The notes beneath the pieces are model-generated. The model did not search any database and was not told the origin of the DNA. It saw only the letters and a list, made by a program, of their open reading frames with translations. The translations under genes were made by a program, and so were the position numbers. Below, in pieces: positions 14,790 to 28,203 of a stretch of 64,000 nucleotides of DNA; within the stretch, counting starts at the first letter, position 1; every line of letters starts with the position of its first letter. Origin of the DNA: Basidiobolus meristosporus CBS 931.73 (Eukaryota > Fungi > Basidiobolomycota); assembly GCA_002104905.1 (NCBI GenBank), contig MCFE01000297.1:37212-101211 (forward strand), given 5' to 3'.

Positions 14790-15135
14790 TTGAAACACTG
14801 GAGAGATAAATTGGAAGTAAAATGGATAATTAGAAGATTTACATGATATTCACTTGTTGATATATTGAGTTGCAACACAGTATTTATACATATTGCAGAG
14901 CTACATAAATGCAACTACTTGTTAATAATTAGAGGAGCATCAGGAGGGTATGTGCAAAGTTTCAGCTTGTTTTGACAAGTTTCAGATTTTCCTAAAATTC
15001 TGTACTTCACTAATTTCTAATAATTTGCAAATATCTTGCAAGCTAATTTCTAAGTTGATATTTGGAAATATGGCACTCAGCAAAGTGCTAGTTCATAATA
15101 TATTAAGAATTAGGTGGACTCCTAATTATTTCAAC
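14790..15135. repeat. ~345-bp direct repeat, copy 2
   Basis: Colinear with 11897-12240. Confidence 0.85.
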
Positions 15136-17599
15136 AAACACTTTTATATGGATAGGCTCAACATCTAACTCATTGATTAAACTAAAACTAATCTAACTCA
15201 AATATTCAAGCAGTAGATCATAGCATCTTTGCAGATGTCATACTGACCAAAGTCAAGATATCCAGCAGCACAGGGAATTCAAGGGAAGTCTTAGAATCTG
15301 TAAACTTGTAATAGGCATGTGAAGATTCTTGAAAGAGAAGCTCTCTCTTCATTTTTCAGCTTTGCAAGCTATATGTATTAAATTTCCGAATGATCAAAGT
15401 TCTTGAGTAAGTGCCTTAGCAAAGCATATGATATATTGCTACAATTGTGCAATGATGCAGACTTGTCATAGGTGCAGTGCCTGTGTACAATGCATTTAAT
15501 TTGACTGACAAGATGAAGTGTTAGATGGAATGGAAGTAACAATTCCAAACCTAGCACTTAGTGCTGATAACTTTCATTATAAACTTTTTTCATCAAAATT
15601 CCTCAAGTACGGCTTCAAATGATTGACATTAAGCAGCTTTGTATGAGGCTATATTCTAGGATAGACTGATTAACATTATTTTATGCTTTTGTGCCTTGAA
15701 GTATTAAATTTTTGAACTTACCCTTGTATGTTACCATAGCAAATGGTAAAAAAAAATCATTGCAAAATTGGTCTTGATATATTGTATTAGTGCAATACTT
15801 CATTGCGGTCGAGTGTGAAGTAGTTTCTAATGAGCTAGAAAGGTTGTGAGATATAGAGCTACATCTTGCTGATATTAAGCCACTGTATGCTTTATTTTTG
15901 GAGGAGATCCATTGCTATGTTTTTCTTGAGGATGAAGTTACACAGAATGCATGAGTGCAAGCAACAGCTGAAGGCATTGTTGCAATTGGAGAAGTGCATT
16001 AGATATAAAATACCTCTCAAAAAAGTAATAATTGCTAGAATCCTGTTTATTTTCTTGAATCTAAGTAATTATTTCATTGTAGAAATATTAAATTTATAAC
16101 ACCAAACTGAGGGGGCATTTCTGTATTCAAGAGCTTTCAGTAACAGCTTCATGGCTAGTACTTTATGTTTAGCAATAGTACCAATTTAATCTTGCCTATT
16201 GGAAAATAGTCATCAGATAATAGATCAGAAGCAAGGTGGCAAAGTTAAGGCTGTAAAGGCATCCTACAATGACTAAGACTAGTCCTGAATTGCTGAGTAG
16301 ATTTTTAGTTGCTGAATGATACCAAATAGTCATTGTTCCAACACATATGTATTTGTAAGTCAGTACCTACAGGAGTTGAGGTCTATCCTATAAGGTCATT
16401 GGTGTGTAACAACAAGTATTTGCAGTTTGCTGATTCACTGGCACTATTTGGCAAGCATGTCAAGAGCTTTAATCAGGACCAAGCAAAATCTTGCTGAAGC
16501 AAATTTGTGATTCAGAACTTACTAAGTCCTGATATTGATGGCTGTGTTTAATAACTGACCATCACTCTGTCTATTGGAGAGTTGCAATAAAATATTTTTT
16601 GTAATCAATGTGTAAGTGACAACTATCTCCAATTACTTGATAGTTCAGCTTAAGGAGCTATGAACAAATAGCAAGCAGCCAATCTTTAGCAAGTTCAGCA
16701 TGATATTTTCCCTAAGAAAAAAAATTGACTAAAGGCCAGCAAAATACCATCATAGTGTCAGCTGAATTCCAAGTGTCTCTAAATTGACAACTCTCAAAAT
16801 CTCTGTTCTGAGCAGATGGGCAGGCAAGTAAACAAGTTGTCCAGGAGGAGAGTAGGCAAACTAGCATCCATACCAAATTTAGTATTTAGCTGCTCATTAT
16901 TTTCATCAAAAATTGCATTTGAAATTTTGAACCCAAAACACCAGCTGAATACCAGCAGAATTCCATCAGAATTCCATCAGAATACCAGCAAAATACCAGC
17001 TAAAAATTAGATGAATTCAAAGTTTGAGATTTTTCATAGGGTTTTGTGCTCATTGATTCCCTTTCATCTTGGTCTCTAGCAAGTGTTGCAGGATCTTGTA
17101 CCCCATCTGCCAGTCCAAGCATCATGTACTTGTGACATTAGAGTATTGTCTTAAGTAGTGCCCTTCAAGAAGTGTCAAACCACTTGGCTTGCACAATGCT
17201 GCACTAAGATTCCACTTCAAGTACTATTGTAAACCTGTGGCTCCTTGCATTGCTACTAAGGTCATTAGTAGCAGTTCCACTTAGTATACTATGGCAGATG
17301 TGATGGATGTGGTAGTAAAGAATACCTTTCCCAGTAAGCTAATCTTTTCTTTAGAATTGCATCTCTAACTTTTGTGCAAACAGATTTCAGCATAGAGCTA
17401 ACTCCTCTTAAGTATTTTGGGATTTGCACATTTTTTATTAATATACTACCTTTATTACTAGTGAAAGCTACTGCATATGCTTTGGATTTGTTTGATGCCA
17501 GTTTGACAAAATGTTTCTTTCTTTTACCTGATCCCTTTTAGAGCAAGGACCCTAACTGCTGCTAAGACTGTGAGCTTCATTTATTGATTCCATCTGGAA

Positions 17600-18039
17600 C
17601 CTTCAACCACCTTTCAGAAAGTTCCTGACCATTCTAAACCATTGTTACACAATGGAACATTCCACAGAAGCTTCTCATTTTATTTTTCATAGTCCAGCAC
17701 CATATATGGAAATACCAGGTCACATGACTTAGTCACACAATCAGGTGACCCAATCCATTTCCCCATCCTGTCTCAGTGCCTTGCCTTCTATATTATTATC
17801 CCCAGCACTGCTGCTGTGCCTCACCCCACAACCCCATTAGTATTAGCTAATATCTCTTGGGATCAGTATAGCCAAAAAGTATATATAGTCCTATCCCCCC
17901 TTAAGTATTCCTCAGTCTGATAAACACAGGTCTTGATTAAACAGCCTTGTCTTGAATCCTGTCTTGCCTTGATGGTCCACACCCAAGTCCTTTCCTGCCG
18001 TGCCTAGCTTTTCCTCCTGCCTTGTGTCTATTCATAACA
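17600..18039 (+). repeat. LTR family B, partial diverged copy
   Basis: Shares AAAAGTATATATAG, CAGGTCTTGATTAAACAGCCTTG and the terminal CTATTCATAACA with the 19933 and 25256 copies; start approximate. Confidence 0.75.
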
Positions 18040-18484
18040 CAGGCTATACATGTAACTACTGGTTTCTTGCTTAGACACTACTGATTCTGGGAATTTGCTA
18101 ATTTCAACTATGCCTGGTATAACTTCTTGCACCCCAATACTAGCCCAAAAAGAGGTTGAATGTTGAATCATAGGCAAAAGAGTAAAAGATCTACACATTC
18201 AGCCAATTTTCTCCAAAATCATCATAACTCTTTTAGCATGCTCCATACTAACTGGAATATCTTTTCACTGCATTCTTTATTTTGGTAGTACTAAAGAGCT
18301 CTTTGGCAAGTGTGGCAGCTTAATTAAAGGCTTAGGACTCCAATACCCACTGTACTAGGTTGGCTCTTCATTTGCTAACAAACCTTGTTACACATTCTTT
18401 TGTTGCATTCTCCATTATGGTAAGAAAACGGTAGTGCATAGTATGATAGCTTCAAGATTCCTTATATTCAAGCCTTTATCTATT

Positions 18485-18620
18485 GCTTTTAACTGGGAAT
18501 GGAAGCTTCTGGGACTTCTGTTGTCAAGGATGGTTGTATATGTGCTTGCAAGGCAATAGTTAATGTAGCAGTAGAGAAGTTTGTGGGCATTGTTGTCTTC
18601 CTTGAGTACAAATAGCTTGC
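18485..18620 (-). pseudogene. Relic fragment of the PHIS-type transposase N-terminus
   Basis: Translates KLLYCYINYCLASTYTTILDNRSPRSFHSQLKAI versus KLLCYYKNYCPTRFHPTIHGNKSPRSFHSQLTAM at ~28850-28960; DNA similarity also visible. Confidence 0.7.
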
Positions 18621-19932
18621 TTTGGACTGATTTGTTGACTTACAGCAGATTTAGAGCCCATTTTATTCCTGAAATACCAAGTTTTGTGCCAGAGAGTACC
18701 ATAGGCTGCTTGGTAGCTAATTCCAGAGGGTTTCTACTGATCTGAACTATTAAAGCTGCTTTTATCTTTTTGGAACATAGCTGTAGGGTAGAAATGGAGC
18801 TTTGGCAGAAGCAAGATTCACCTTAAAAGTGTGTTCAATTATCCTTAATTTCTTAATAGTTATTTTCAGCATTAGGCTTGATTTGCAGGGCTAACCAATC
18901 TTTTTAGTGTCTTCAGAGTCAATCAATAGCATCTGGCTGAGTCTTGCACCATTATTTCTGGCTACATAGAGGGCAGGCACCAGGACTTTTGTATTGAATT
19001 TTATCCTCTGAAGTATACTACAATATCTGACATATCCTGTTGAGATTTCATGCCCCTTATGAGATTCCAGGACTGTGTACATCTTACCTGAGGCTTCATG
19101 CAAAGTCTCTGTTGTGCCAGATAGTCCAAATACAGCCAACATTGGTTTTGGCTCCATCTGAATATTCCCCCAATTTGAAGTGGTAATGTCTTCCCATTTT
19201 TTCTACTTTTTTGTTTGCTACTGATGGCCCAGGGGAAACTTTCTTTTGTGAGAAGATTTAGGACTCTCTTGTAGGTGGGATCATGGTGGGTTTGAGTGCC
19301 AAAGTCCTCATGACATTATTGGCCTGGAATATTTGACTATTTGCAAGTGCTATATTCAAAATGGGCATCCATTTAGTTCAAAGCCATCACAGAATCACTA
19401 AAATCAGTTTGAGCAAGGTGACCAGTGCTGCTGGATGTGATTATAAATCTATCAAGTGGCCAGCAAGATATTGTGGGTACATTGGTGACTGATCAGTGCT
19501 CAAACATGACTTGTGCAGCAAAACACTGGCTATGATACTGATAATACTCCTTTGCTATCTGTATGCTTTGTGGCTCAAAAGCTTGCGCCTATATTGGCAT
19601 GGGCTTTTTTCTCTTAACTCAAGGCATTGAGCTGAGTAATCTGGTCCGTGGGGCAAATAGCTTGACACTCAACAACATCAAACTTTTAAATCACACTTTT
19701 TCAATACTAATGCAAGCTAAAGACAGTCTTTATTGAGGACATTGCACCTACATGTATGTAACATTCAATCATACCCTGCCCTAGTAAACATTATAACAAA
19801 GTGATGGCACCACATACATATGCATATGCAGCAGGTAAACAACTTGGTACTTAACAACTTAATGCTACTATGTCACTTTGCTACCAATGCTCATGTAATT
19901 CTAAGACAGCTGTGTAGTAGAGATGTTGCACC

Positions 19933-20463
19933 TGTCATGATCACATGACATCTTTGGTCTCTGATTATCTAGACAAATCAAGTCAGTGAAGAATTCCCAG
20001 CTCCTTCCAGAAAGTTCTACTACATTCTAGCAACTTCTTGAAAGCTCCAAGTCAACTTTGCGCAATGGAACATTCTATGGAAGCTTCCCAATAGAATTTG
20101 TGCAGTCAGATGCCATATTTGGTGACTGCATGTCACATGATCAGCTGACCCCTGACATTTCTCCATGTGATAATCCAGTCTGTTCTTTAGTATGTTCTAT
20201 CTTGACACACTTACTGAGCCTCACCCCAGAACCCCATCAGTATTAGCCAATATCTCTTGGCATCATATTGACAAAAAGTATATATAGTCTTATCCCCCCT
20301 TATGTATTACTCAGTCTAATAAACTCAGGTCTTGATTAAACAGCCTTGCCTTGGAGATCCACCTTGCCTTGAATCCTGTCTTGCCTTGTTGATCCACACC
20401 TAAGTCCTTTCCTGGTCCTGCCTTGCCTAGCTCTACTGTCCTGCCTTGTATCTATTCTAAACA
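19933..20463 (+). mobile_element. Solo LTR family B (531 bp) with 5-bp TSD GCACC
   Basis: TGTCATGATCAC...CTAAACA, flanked on both sides by GCACC; internal TATA then AATAAA. Confidence 0.9.
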
Positions 20464-20579
20464 GCACCCACATAAATGGCAGATTCAATGATGATGCACC
20501 CTAGTAATCATTACAAATGATGTTGTGGCAACATTTAAAGATGTATATTTAACACTATTTTTCCATTACTGTAACTCAC

Positions 20580-21870
20580 TTCCATACATATGCTTCCACA
20601 CAATAAAGTAACATTGCCTGGTTACTAACCAAGCCCTACCACCAACAGCTGTCAAAGTATATGTGGACACAGCTTGCCCTGCCATTCAGTGCAATCAGCA
20701 GGGCTACAGCCAGTAAAGGCTAAGTTGGCAGTATGCCCACCAAAGGTAATGATGTGGAATCCTCAGGCTTTCAATCAAGTGGGCTGTTGCAAGTCTTTGC
20801 AAAGCTGGAAGCTAACCTCAGTCACCAGGCTGATGAGAATGCAGCAAATACTGTACCACTGGTGGAAGATTAACAAATGGCCATTGTAGCATAACCACCA
20901 CCAGTTTGGCAAGTATGTTGTCAGCTATTAGCAAATCATTATTAATGTGATTGGGTGCAGTGGCTAATAAAATAAACACAATGGCCTAGGGAAGTCACAA
21001 TGTTTCCAAGAGGCAGGATGAGCTGGTTATTTGTGCAGAGCACTCAAAATCACAGGTGAAGAATGCAGTAGTTTTGCTGAAAAAATAGAATGCAAGCAGC
21101 TCAATGTCAAAACCATGAACTGAGCCATTTGCCAATAAAACAGCAGAGGAACATCATTAAAACTTTGAAGCACAAAACCATTACCCAAAGTTAATGCCTA
21201 AAGAAAAAGCTATCACAGTATTGTAGGGAGAAAAAGTAGTATTTACACCGAAGCCTAAAAATCAAAAGAGAGTGAAGATCTGTGACACTGTTGGGTGCAA
21301 TGATGACAAGTGGGCTAATATTAAGGAGACTTTCAGAAGTCTAGTATGCAGTGCCTCCAGAATGGAATACCATTGGACTATTGAACACTTAATTCCAAGC
21401 AGAATGTGCTAGATCTGCTCCATGTTCATCAGCCTGGATTTTGATGAGAAAATAGATTTTGAGCTTGCATTAATATGTTGATAAAGTATCCTAAGAATAG
21501 CAGAAGCTATCAAAGGCAGAAGAACAAGGGTGCCATAGCTAAAAGCCAGTAGCTTCCTCAATTACCTGAAAGCATAGTTTAACAAAAGAGGCATACTGAC
21601 AAAGTATCAGTGATAGAACTAGTAGCAATCAAGGAAAAGCCAAAGGGAACAGAGCAGTCCTAAACCACACACAGAGAGGCAAAGGAAAAATGCTGCTGTT
21701 TTCACTAATCAGCACCATAGGCCCAAAACAGCCTAAATCTGCAATAGCCAAGAGGAACAACCAACCAGACAATAGCTATTTTCATAGGAGTTGGAGCTGC
21801 AGCCACTTGAGCTGCATTCTAGTGGGGCAGATGCATTTGCAGGCAAAGACAATAGGTGTACTACAGCCCG
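20580..21870 (+). repeat. Family C decayed coding repeat, one ~1.25-kb unit
   Basis: Begins MLPHNKVTL, paralogous to MLPKNKAKL / MLSKTKAKL / MLPKYKAKF of the other copies; shared AAGAATAGCAGAA.CTATCAAAGGCAGAAGAACAAGGG block. Confidence 0.75.
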
Positions 21871-22029
21871 TACACCTTATATAGTAAACAGAGTGGAGAT
21901 CCCACATACAGCCAACAAATTTATGAGAAATAATTCTAATGATCCCATCAAAAGGACATCACAATATTAAGATCTGCTGACTAAGGGATATTGATTCCTC
22001 AAGGACACTGTGAAAAGATCACAAAAAGT

Positions 22030-22350
22030 ATTGTACTCCAGATTTTGCACAAACTTGGTCAAGATTTTTCATCATATCTATACATAAGTGATTTTTGATT
22101 TGTTCTCCACCAAATCTCTCACTGTATGATCTCAGACACTCAAGCACCTCCTATGTTTGTCTGCATTTATTGGCTATTGCCTATTTTTCACACTCCTTAC
22201 TTCTTGACTCAACTGTTTCTCTTACTTCTCATGCATACAAACTGATTTATTTTAGTTGAAAGTTCAGTTGTACCACAATTACCAATTGTATTGACCTATA
22301 CAAGTCCCTATATCCTACACTGACATTAAGTCCAACCATACACTCAACAA
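22030..22350 (-). repeat. Unclassified dispersed repeat family E (partner ~35700-37130, split by an LTR)
   Basis: Reverse complement matches AAATAAACCAGTTTGAATGCATGA...AAGTAAGGAGTGTGAAAA before 35924 and TAGGAGGTG.TTGAGTGTC after 36995; limits approximate. Confidence 0.65.
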
Positions 22351-22843
22351 GTAAATTCATCAAGATCCACCACTCAATAAGTATTAGTACTGTAACACTC
22401 TGTTTCCATGATATTGGTGGGAACCCTATGGCTTTGTGCTGCTTATCATTCCCTGGTTCCCATATGTCCTGATCTTCAGCTAGTAATGCAAGGTATAGCA
22501 CCTCATCTGTGAGTCTTTGCAGTAAATCCTTGCAACATTGAAGTGGATCTCATGATCACTGTTCTTGAAGATGTACTGCAACCTCTTGGTATGCCTATTA
22601 ATGTTTCAAAATTCTACTGATGGTGTAGTGATGACCTCTTGTACTTCACATTATTACTTTATATGTCAGTGGGTTCTTCACCTTGTTAGCCATGACAGAT
22701 ATCAAGGTTGTGGTAGACAAATTGCCTTTCTCTGCAAACTCATATATCTCTCTGGAGTGTAGCTCCACTGGCTGCACAGCTATATCTTGTGAAAACAGCT
22801 GATTTCTTGTTGGTAGTTTTATTGACTATTCAGTCTGTTCCAG

Positions 22844-23892
22844 TGTGGTGGTGTATAGGTCCAAGGGAGAGATATGCCCAACACATCTCAAGTATTTTGC
22901 GTGTGGGGTGTTCACTGGGTGCAATAACCTTGGGCAAAAGCTTGCTAGGAATACTTGGGTTCTATCTCTAATATAATGTGATGGGGAATGAAGCCACAAG
23001 CTTGTCAAGGGATAACTATTGAGCTACAATCCCCAACTTAGTTGGTGTCTTAACAAAAGTATGTGCTGGGTTCAGCATCCTTGGAGATGACAATGTACCA
23101 AAGCTTCCAAAGTCAAAACAACTGTAAACTCCACCAGCAGGGACTTGATAAGAACATGGCTGTGGTCAATAGTTACAAAGACAGAAAAGTATCTTTGTTT
23201 GTGTAAAAACAAACATGAGAAAGAATCAAACATAATAAAAGATACCACTCTGAGTATTCCTCACATGTAGTACCTCCAAGGTCAGTTGGCTATTAGCATG
23301 GTTTACTGGGAGTGTCCTGTGGTCTGGGGCTGAAGGTCAGGTAGCAGCAGGTAGCAGTGATCACACTAATCAACAAGTTGGTATATTGACAAAAGGGATG
23401 ATGATTTATTATTGCGGAATAGCCTCCTTTATATACTTTTCTCACCGGCCAAGTGATTACTAATCATGGTGTTCCAGAAGGTTCTGGAGATCAATAGAAA
23501 GCTTATTGATATCAGAATGAGCTAAGAGTATTCTAAGTAGGTGCCAGAAGGTTCTAAGATGCACTGCACATCCAACCAATCAGGAATCAGTATTATGACA
23601 CCTGTGTAACATAGGGATACCATATATGGTGACACAGGCTGATCATGTGTCACTGGTACTGGTGCAGGTACTTGCCTAATATAGAAGTACCTACAGCTAG
23701 TAATTTTACATAAAGTGAGGGATAACTTATGCAATAAGGTAAGCAGGTGTGATGGTTAATTGGCTTGTGGGATAGTACTGATCAGGTAAGACATAGGGGA
23801 TAAAACTAAAATCAGAGTAGTAGAGATAAAGGGAAGTAGAAAATACGGGAATGAGCACATCTGTCAGTGGGTGTCACTGTGACCCCACTACA
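22844..23892 (-). mobile_element. Solo LTR family D (~1.05 kb), copy 1
   Basis: TG...CA termini, colinear with 35924-36995 and inverse to 34044-35113. Flanks CCAG / CTGG are compatible with a CpG-decayed CCGG TSD. Confidence 0.85.
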
Positions 23893-24454
23893 CTGGGCTT
23901 ATAGCACTGACTGGTAAGAACTGCAGATTTTTTCTTATACTTCCCTGTCTCTAGCTTGTGTAGACCTTTTACCCATTACCTTTTCTTATACCTGTCAGGT
24001 CTTTAACAGCTGCTTTGTCCAAGTGCTTCTTGTATTGAACTACATTTTCCCCTCATTAAATGCAGCTCTAATTCATCTGTATTGGCCTGCTTGTCTCTTG
24101 CTGGCACTCTGCAGGCAACCTGATACTTCTCTCCCACTTGTTTTGAGCATTCAGCCCAGGCTGTGATGGGCCCCTGAGGTAGCCACTTGTTTTTATCACT
24201 GCCAGGTCCTTTACTACTACTTTGACTGCAAGCCTCTAGAGTAGGTATAGGCTTTCTCCTTGAGAAATGTTGTGCTGGCACATCTGTGTCTGGCTGTTCT
24301 TCCATTATTGTCACTCTTCCAGCTACCTGATGTCTCTTTGATATTTATCTGGAGCTTTTGGCTCTTCTTGTGATGGGCTCTTCAGGAAGCTGCTGGCTTT
24401 TAGTCAATGCACCATTGTTCTTCTGCCTTTGATGGATTATACTCTTCATGCAAT

Positions 24455-25186
24455 AGACCTGTTCCATTGGATAGTGCCACATTGAGCCATGAGTGCCGAA
24501 TGATGCCATAGTGTGCCAGGGAGGCCAAATGAGCCTATACTTGGCCGCAGAGTGTGAAACAGAGCTGAGCATCTTTATGCAAAGCTGCCCCTGTGTTTCA
24601 CTCATTGTGTTGGAGAAAATCCATTTTTTGACCTTTTTTTTGAGTCAATGTAGTGCAGGTTGTGTAAGAGCACAGAAGAACTGAAGACATGCATCAGGTA
24701 TGCAATACCCATGGCACTCTGAATCTAACTCCTGTGGCTTGTAGCATGTCACAAAAATGCATGGCACTATCTTGGTCCACTGGTACTTTCTGGCACTGTA
24801 ATTGCTTTGTATAGATCTTACTTTAGGGCTAATAATTAAATATAGTGCCAGATAATACCAGTGGACCAAGATAGTGCCATGCATTTTCGTGACATGCTAC
24901 AAGCCACCGGAGTTAGATTCAGAGTGCCATGGGTATTGCGTACCTGATGCATGTCTTCAGTTCTTCTGTGCTCCTACACAACCTGCACTACATTGACTCA
25001 AAAAAAAGGTCAAAAAATGGATTTTCTCCAACACAATGAGTGAAACACAGCGGCAGCTTTGCATGAAGATGCTCAGATCTGTTTCACACTCTGTGGCTAA
25101 GTATAGGCTCATTTGGCCTCCCTGGCACAGTATGGCATCATTTGGCACTCATGGCTCAATGTGGCACTATCCAACGGAACAAGTCT
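24455..25186. mobile_element. Complete foldback MITE (732 bp, ~346-bp arms, ~40-bp loop), TSD AAT
   Basis: AGACCTGTTCCATTGGATAGTGCC...GGCACTATCCAACGGAACAAGTCT with AAT on both sides; arms nearly perfectly complementary. Confidence 0.95.
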
Positions 25187-25255
25187 AATACTTTCTAGCA
25201 TACCAATGCTGACCCAATGTGACTTTCTTGTTTGAATCTAGGATGATGGTCATGG

Positions 25256-25780
25256 TGTAATGATCACATGACATCCCTGGTCTCTAATGATCATCTAAAT
25301 CAAGTTGCTGAAGAAATCCTAGTTCCTTCTAGAAAGTTCTACTACATTGTAGCAGCTTCCACAAAGCTCAAGTCAACATAATACTATGAAATGTTGTATA
25401 GAAGCTCCCCTGTGGAATGTATGCAGCCAAATAGCATATATAGAAGTTGCACATCACATGAGCTAGTCACATGATCAGATAACTCCTAACATATCCCATG
25501 TGATATTCTAGCCTGTTCTGTAGTATATTTCAATCTGGGTACACTTAGTGTGACTCACCTAAGAACCCCATTGGTATTAGCCAATATCTCTTGGCATCCA
25601 AATTGCCAAAAGTATATATAGTTCTACCCTTCCTTATATACTCCTCAGTCTGATAAACACAGGTCTTGCATAAACAGCCTTGCCTTGGAAATCCACCTTG
25701 CCTTGTTGATCCACACCTGAGTCCTCTCCTAGTCCTGCCTTGCCTGGCTCTACTCTCCTGCCTTGTGTCTATTCATAAAA
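25256..25780 (+). mobile_element. Solo LTR family B, probable TSD CATGG
   Basis: Starts TGTAATGATCACATGAC; CATGG at 25251-25255 and 25781-25785 (terminal CA apparently lost); interrupts family C. Confidence 0.85.
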
Positions 25781-28203
25781 CATGGAACAAATTAAGTGCA
25801 TTCTGCTTGGCCTTGAGCTACTGATGGTCCCATAGTATGCCAGCCATCAGGTGTTGTTATGCTAGACCTCTAATGGCCTCTTGGATGTTAGCCCACTCTT
25901 CATCATTGCACTCAATGCCTTCTCAGATATTCAATGTCTTTTGATATTTAAACTTTGGTATAATCACTACATTTTCTCCCTCCCTTGCTGTGATAGATTT
26001 TTCTGTAGGCTCTATCTTTGGGTACTGTTGTTGTGCTTCAGAAACTGCTCAGTACTCCTTTGCTGTTTTGCTGAGAAATGGCTCAATTCTTGGCTATGAC
26101 ATTGAGCTCCTTGAGTCCCTTCTCTGCGGCAACAATACTGCTTTCTCTGCATCTGGGACATTGATTGCTCTACAGTTATTATATACTAATCCTACTTCTG
26201 GACTACTTCCTCATTTTTCTGGGCCATAGCATCAATCCTACCAGCCTCTGCACCTAATTGCCTCATTCATGCTTTGGTATCAGCTGGCAACATACTTGCT
26301 AATACAGGTGGTGGTGATGTTATGGCAGCCACTTGCTTGTCTTCAACTGCCAAAAATGCTATTGCTATATTCTTGTCTGCCTCAGCAATATAGTTGGCTT
26401 GCTGATTTACAAAGATTCTCATTTGCCTACTTTACTGCGGGCCTGAGGAGTCCACATTGTTACCTTCAGAGGGCACACTCTCCACAGGGCCTTTTTTGGA
26501 TGTAGCTCTACTTGTTGTACTGAATGCCAAAGCAAGCTGTTGTCCTGCCATTCTTCTGCTGCTGTTAGCAGTGGGGCTTGGTTGGGAACCAGACAACTTT
26601 GCTTTATTTTTTGGTAGCATGTGTATGGACCTGATACTTCTCTCCCACTTGGTATGGGCTCTCATCCCATGCTGTGATGGGCTCCTGGGGTAGCTGCTTG
26701 TTTCTAGAACTGCCAGATCCTTCACTGCTACTTTGACTAAGTGCTCCTTGAGTACAACTACGCCTTTCCCCTGGTAAATGTTGTGCTGGTGCATCTGTGT
26801 ATGCCAGCTTTTCCCTGATTGGCACACTTCCAGTTACCTGAAGCCTCTTTGACACTTGCTTGGAGCTTTTGGCTATGCTTGTAATGGGCTCTTGAGGAAG
26901 CCACTGGTTTTAAGCCATTGCTCCCTTGTTTTTCCACCTTTGATAGTTTCTGCTATTCTTGAGATACTTTCTCAACATTCCAATGCTGGTGCAAAATCCA
27001 TTTGATTGTTTGAATTCCAGATGATGCTTATGGAGCAAGTCAAGCTCATACGCTTGGCCTTGAGTTCCTGATGGCCCCATGGTATGCTGGCCTTAAGGTG
27101 CTGGCATGCTAGATCTCTAACAGTCACTTGAATAGTAACCTACTCTTCATCATTGCACATAATGGCTTCATGGTTCTTCAAAATGTCTTTTGATTTTTAG
27201 ACTTCAATAGAAGCTACATTTGCTGCCTCCCATGATGTGCTAGATTTTTCTGTGGCCTTATCTTTGGGCACTATTGTTGTGCTTCAAAGACTCTAGGGTT
27301 TTTCTCTGATATAACTTTGGGAAATGGCTCAATTGTTGGCTGCAACATTTAATTACTTGAGTTCCTTTGTTGCAGCAAAGATACTAACTTCTCCACCTGC
27401 AATATTTATTGCTTTACACATATTACCTGCTCATCCTTTTTCTGGACTATTTCCTGATTTTTCTGGGCCATTGCATCAATCCTATCAGCCACTGCACCTA
27501 ATTGCTTCATTAATGCATTGGTATGAGCTGACAACATACTTGCAAATACAGGTGATAGTGATGTAATAAAGTTCACTTGCTGCTGTTAAACTGAAGCACT
27601 GCCTTTGCTGTATTCTCATCTCCCTCAGCAAAATGGTCAGCTTGCAGCTCCACAGAGATTCCCTGCAAGTTCTGCATTATTTCTTTCAGTAGGCACACTG
27701 TCCACAGGGCCTGTTTTGGTTGAAGCCCTGTATTTTGCACTAAATGTTAAAGCAAGCTGATGTCCAACCATTGCTCTGCTGCTGTCAGTGGTGAGGTTTG
27801 GTTGGGAACTGGACAACTTTGCTTTAGTTTTTGACAGCATATATGGAAGTGAGTCAAACCAAAGGGGAAATGGTGCAACATATACATGTGTATATGGTGC
27901 CTCAGCTTTATTTATAACGCTTACTATGGTGGGTCATCATTGAATTTTACATTTATGTAGGTGCAATGTCTCAAACACAAGACTGTCTTAATTCACATGA
28001 GTATTGACAAAAAAGGAATATAATGATATTAGACTTGTTCCATTGGATAGTGCCAGCCTGTTTACGGTGCCAGATTGATCTGGCACTCTACGGCACTATC
28101 TGGCACTATAATTTCTACCATGATGCCAGTGGTATGATACAGTTACTGGTAATTTTACTCAATCTTACTTATGTTGCTCAGAATAGTGCTTTCCTTGCTT
28201 TAT

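Larger units (their letters stand above)
24000..27852 (-). repeat. Family C tandem array (~2.5 units of ~1.25 kb) interrupted by a MITE and a solo LTR
   Basis: GCTTGGCCTTGAG.T.CTGATGG recurs at ~25805 and ~27053; sequence on either side of the two insertions rejoins into the unit. Confidence 0.8.

Noticed and set aside
9002-17600. Numerous 60-90-aa ORFs in the track across TE-derived DNA, and antisense ORFs overlapping the 52-59 kb genes and the RT
   Set aside because: No motifs, expression signals or paralog-conserved frames; expected by chance or as shadows of real ORFs.
22270-22380. MULE SWIM zinc finger (VVDLDEFTC...CQC)
   Set aside because: The paralog at ~35720 conserves a different frame (LV.C.VGLN.S.GY) and the His/Cys ligands are incomplete.
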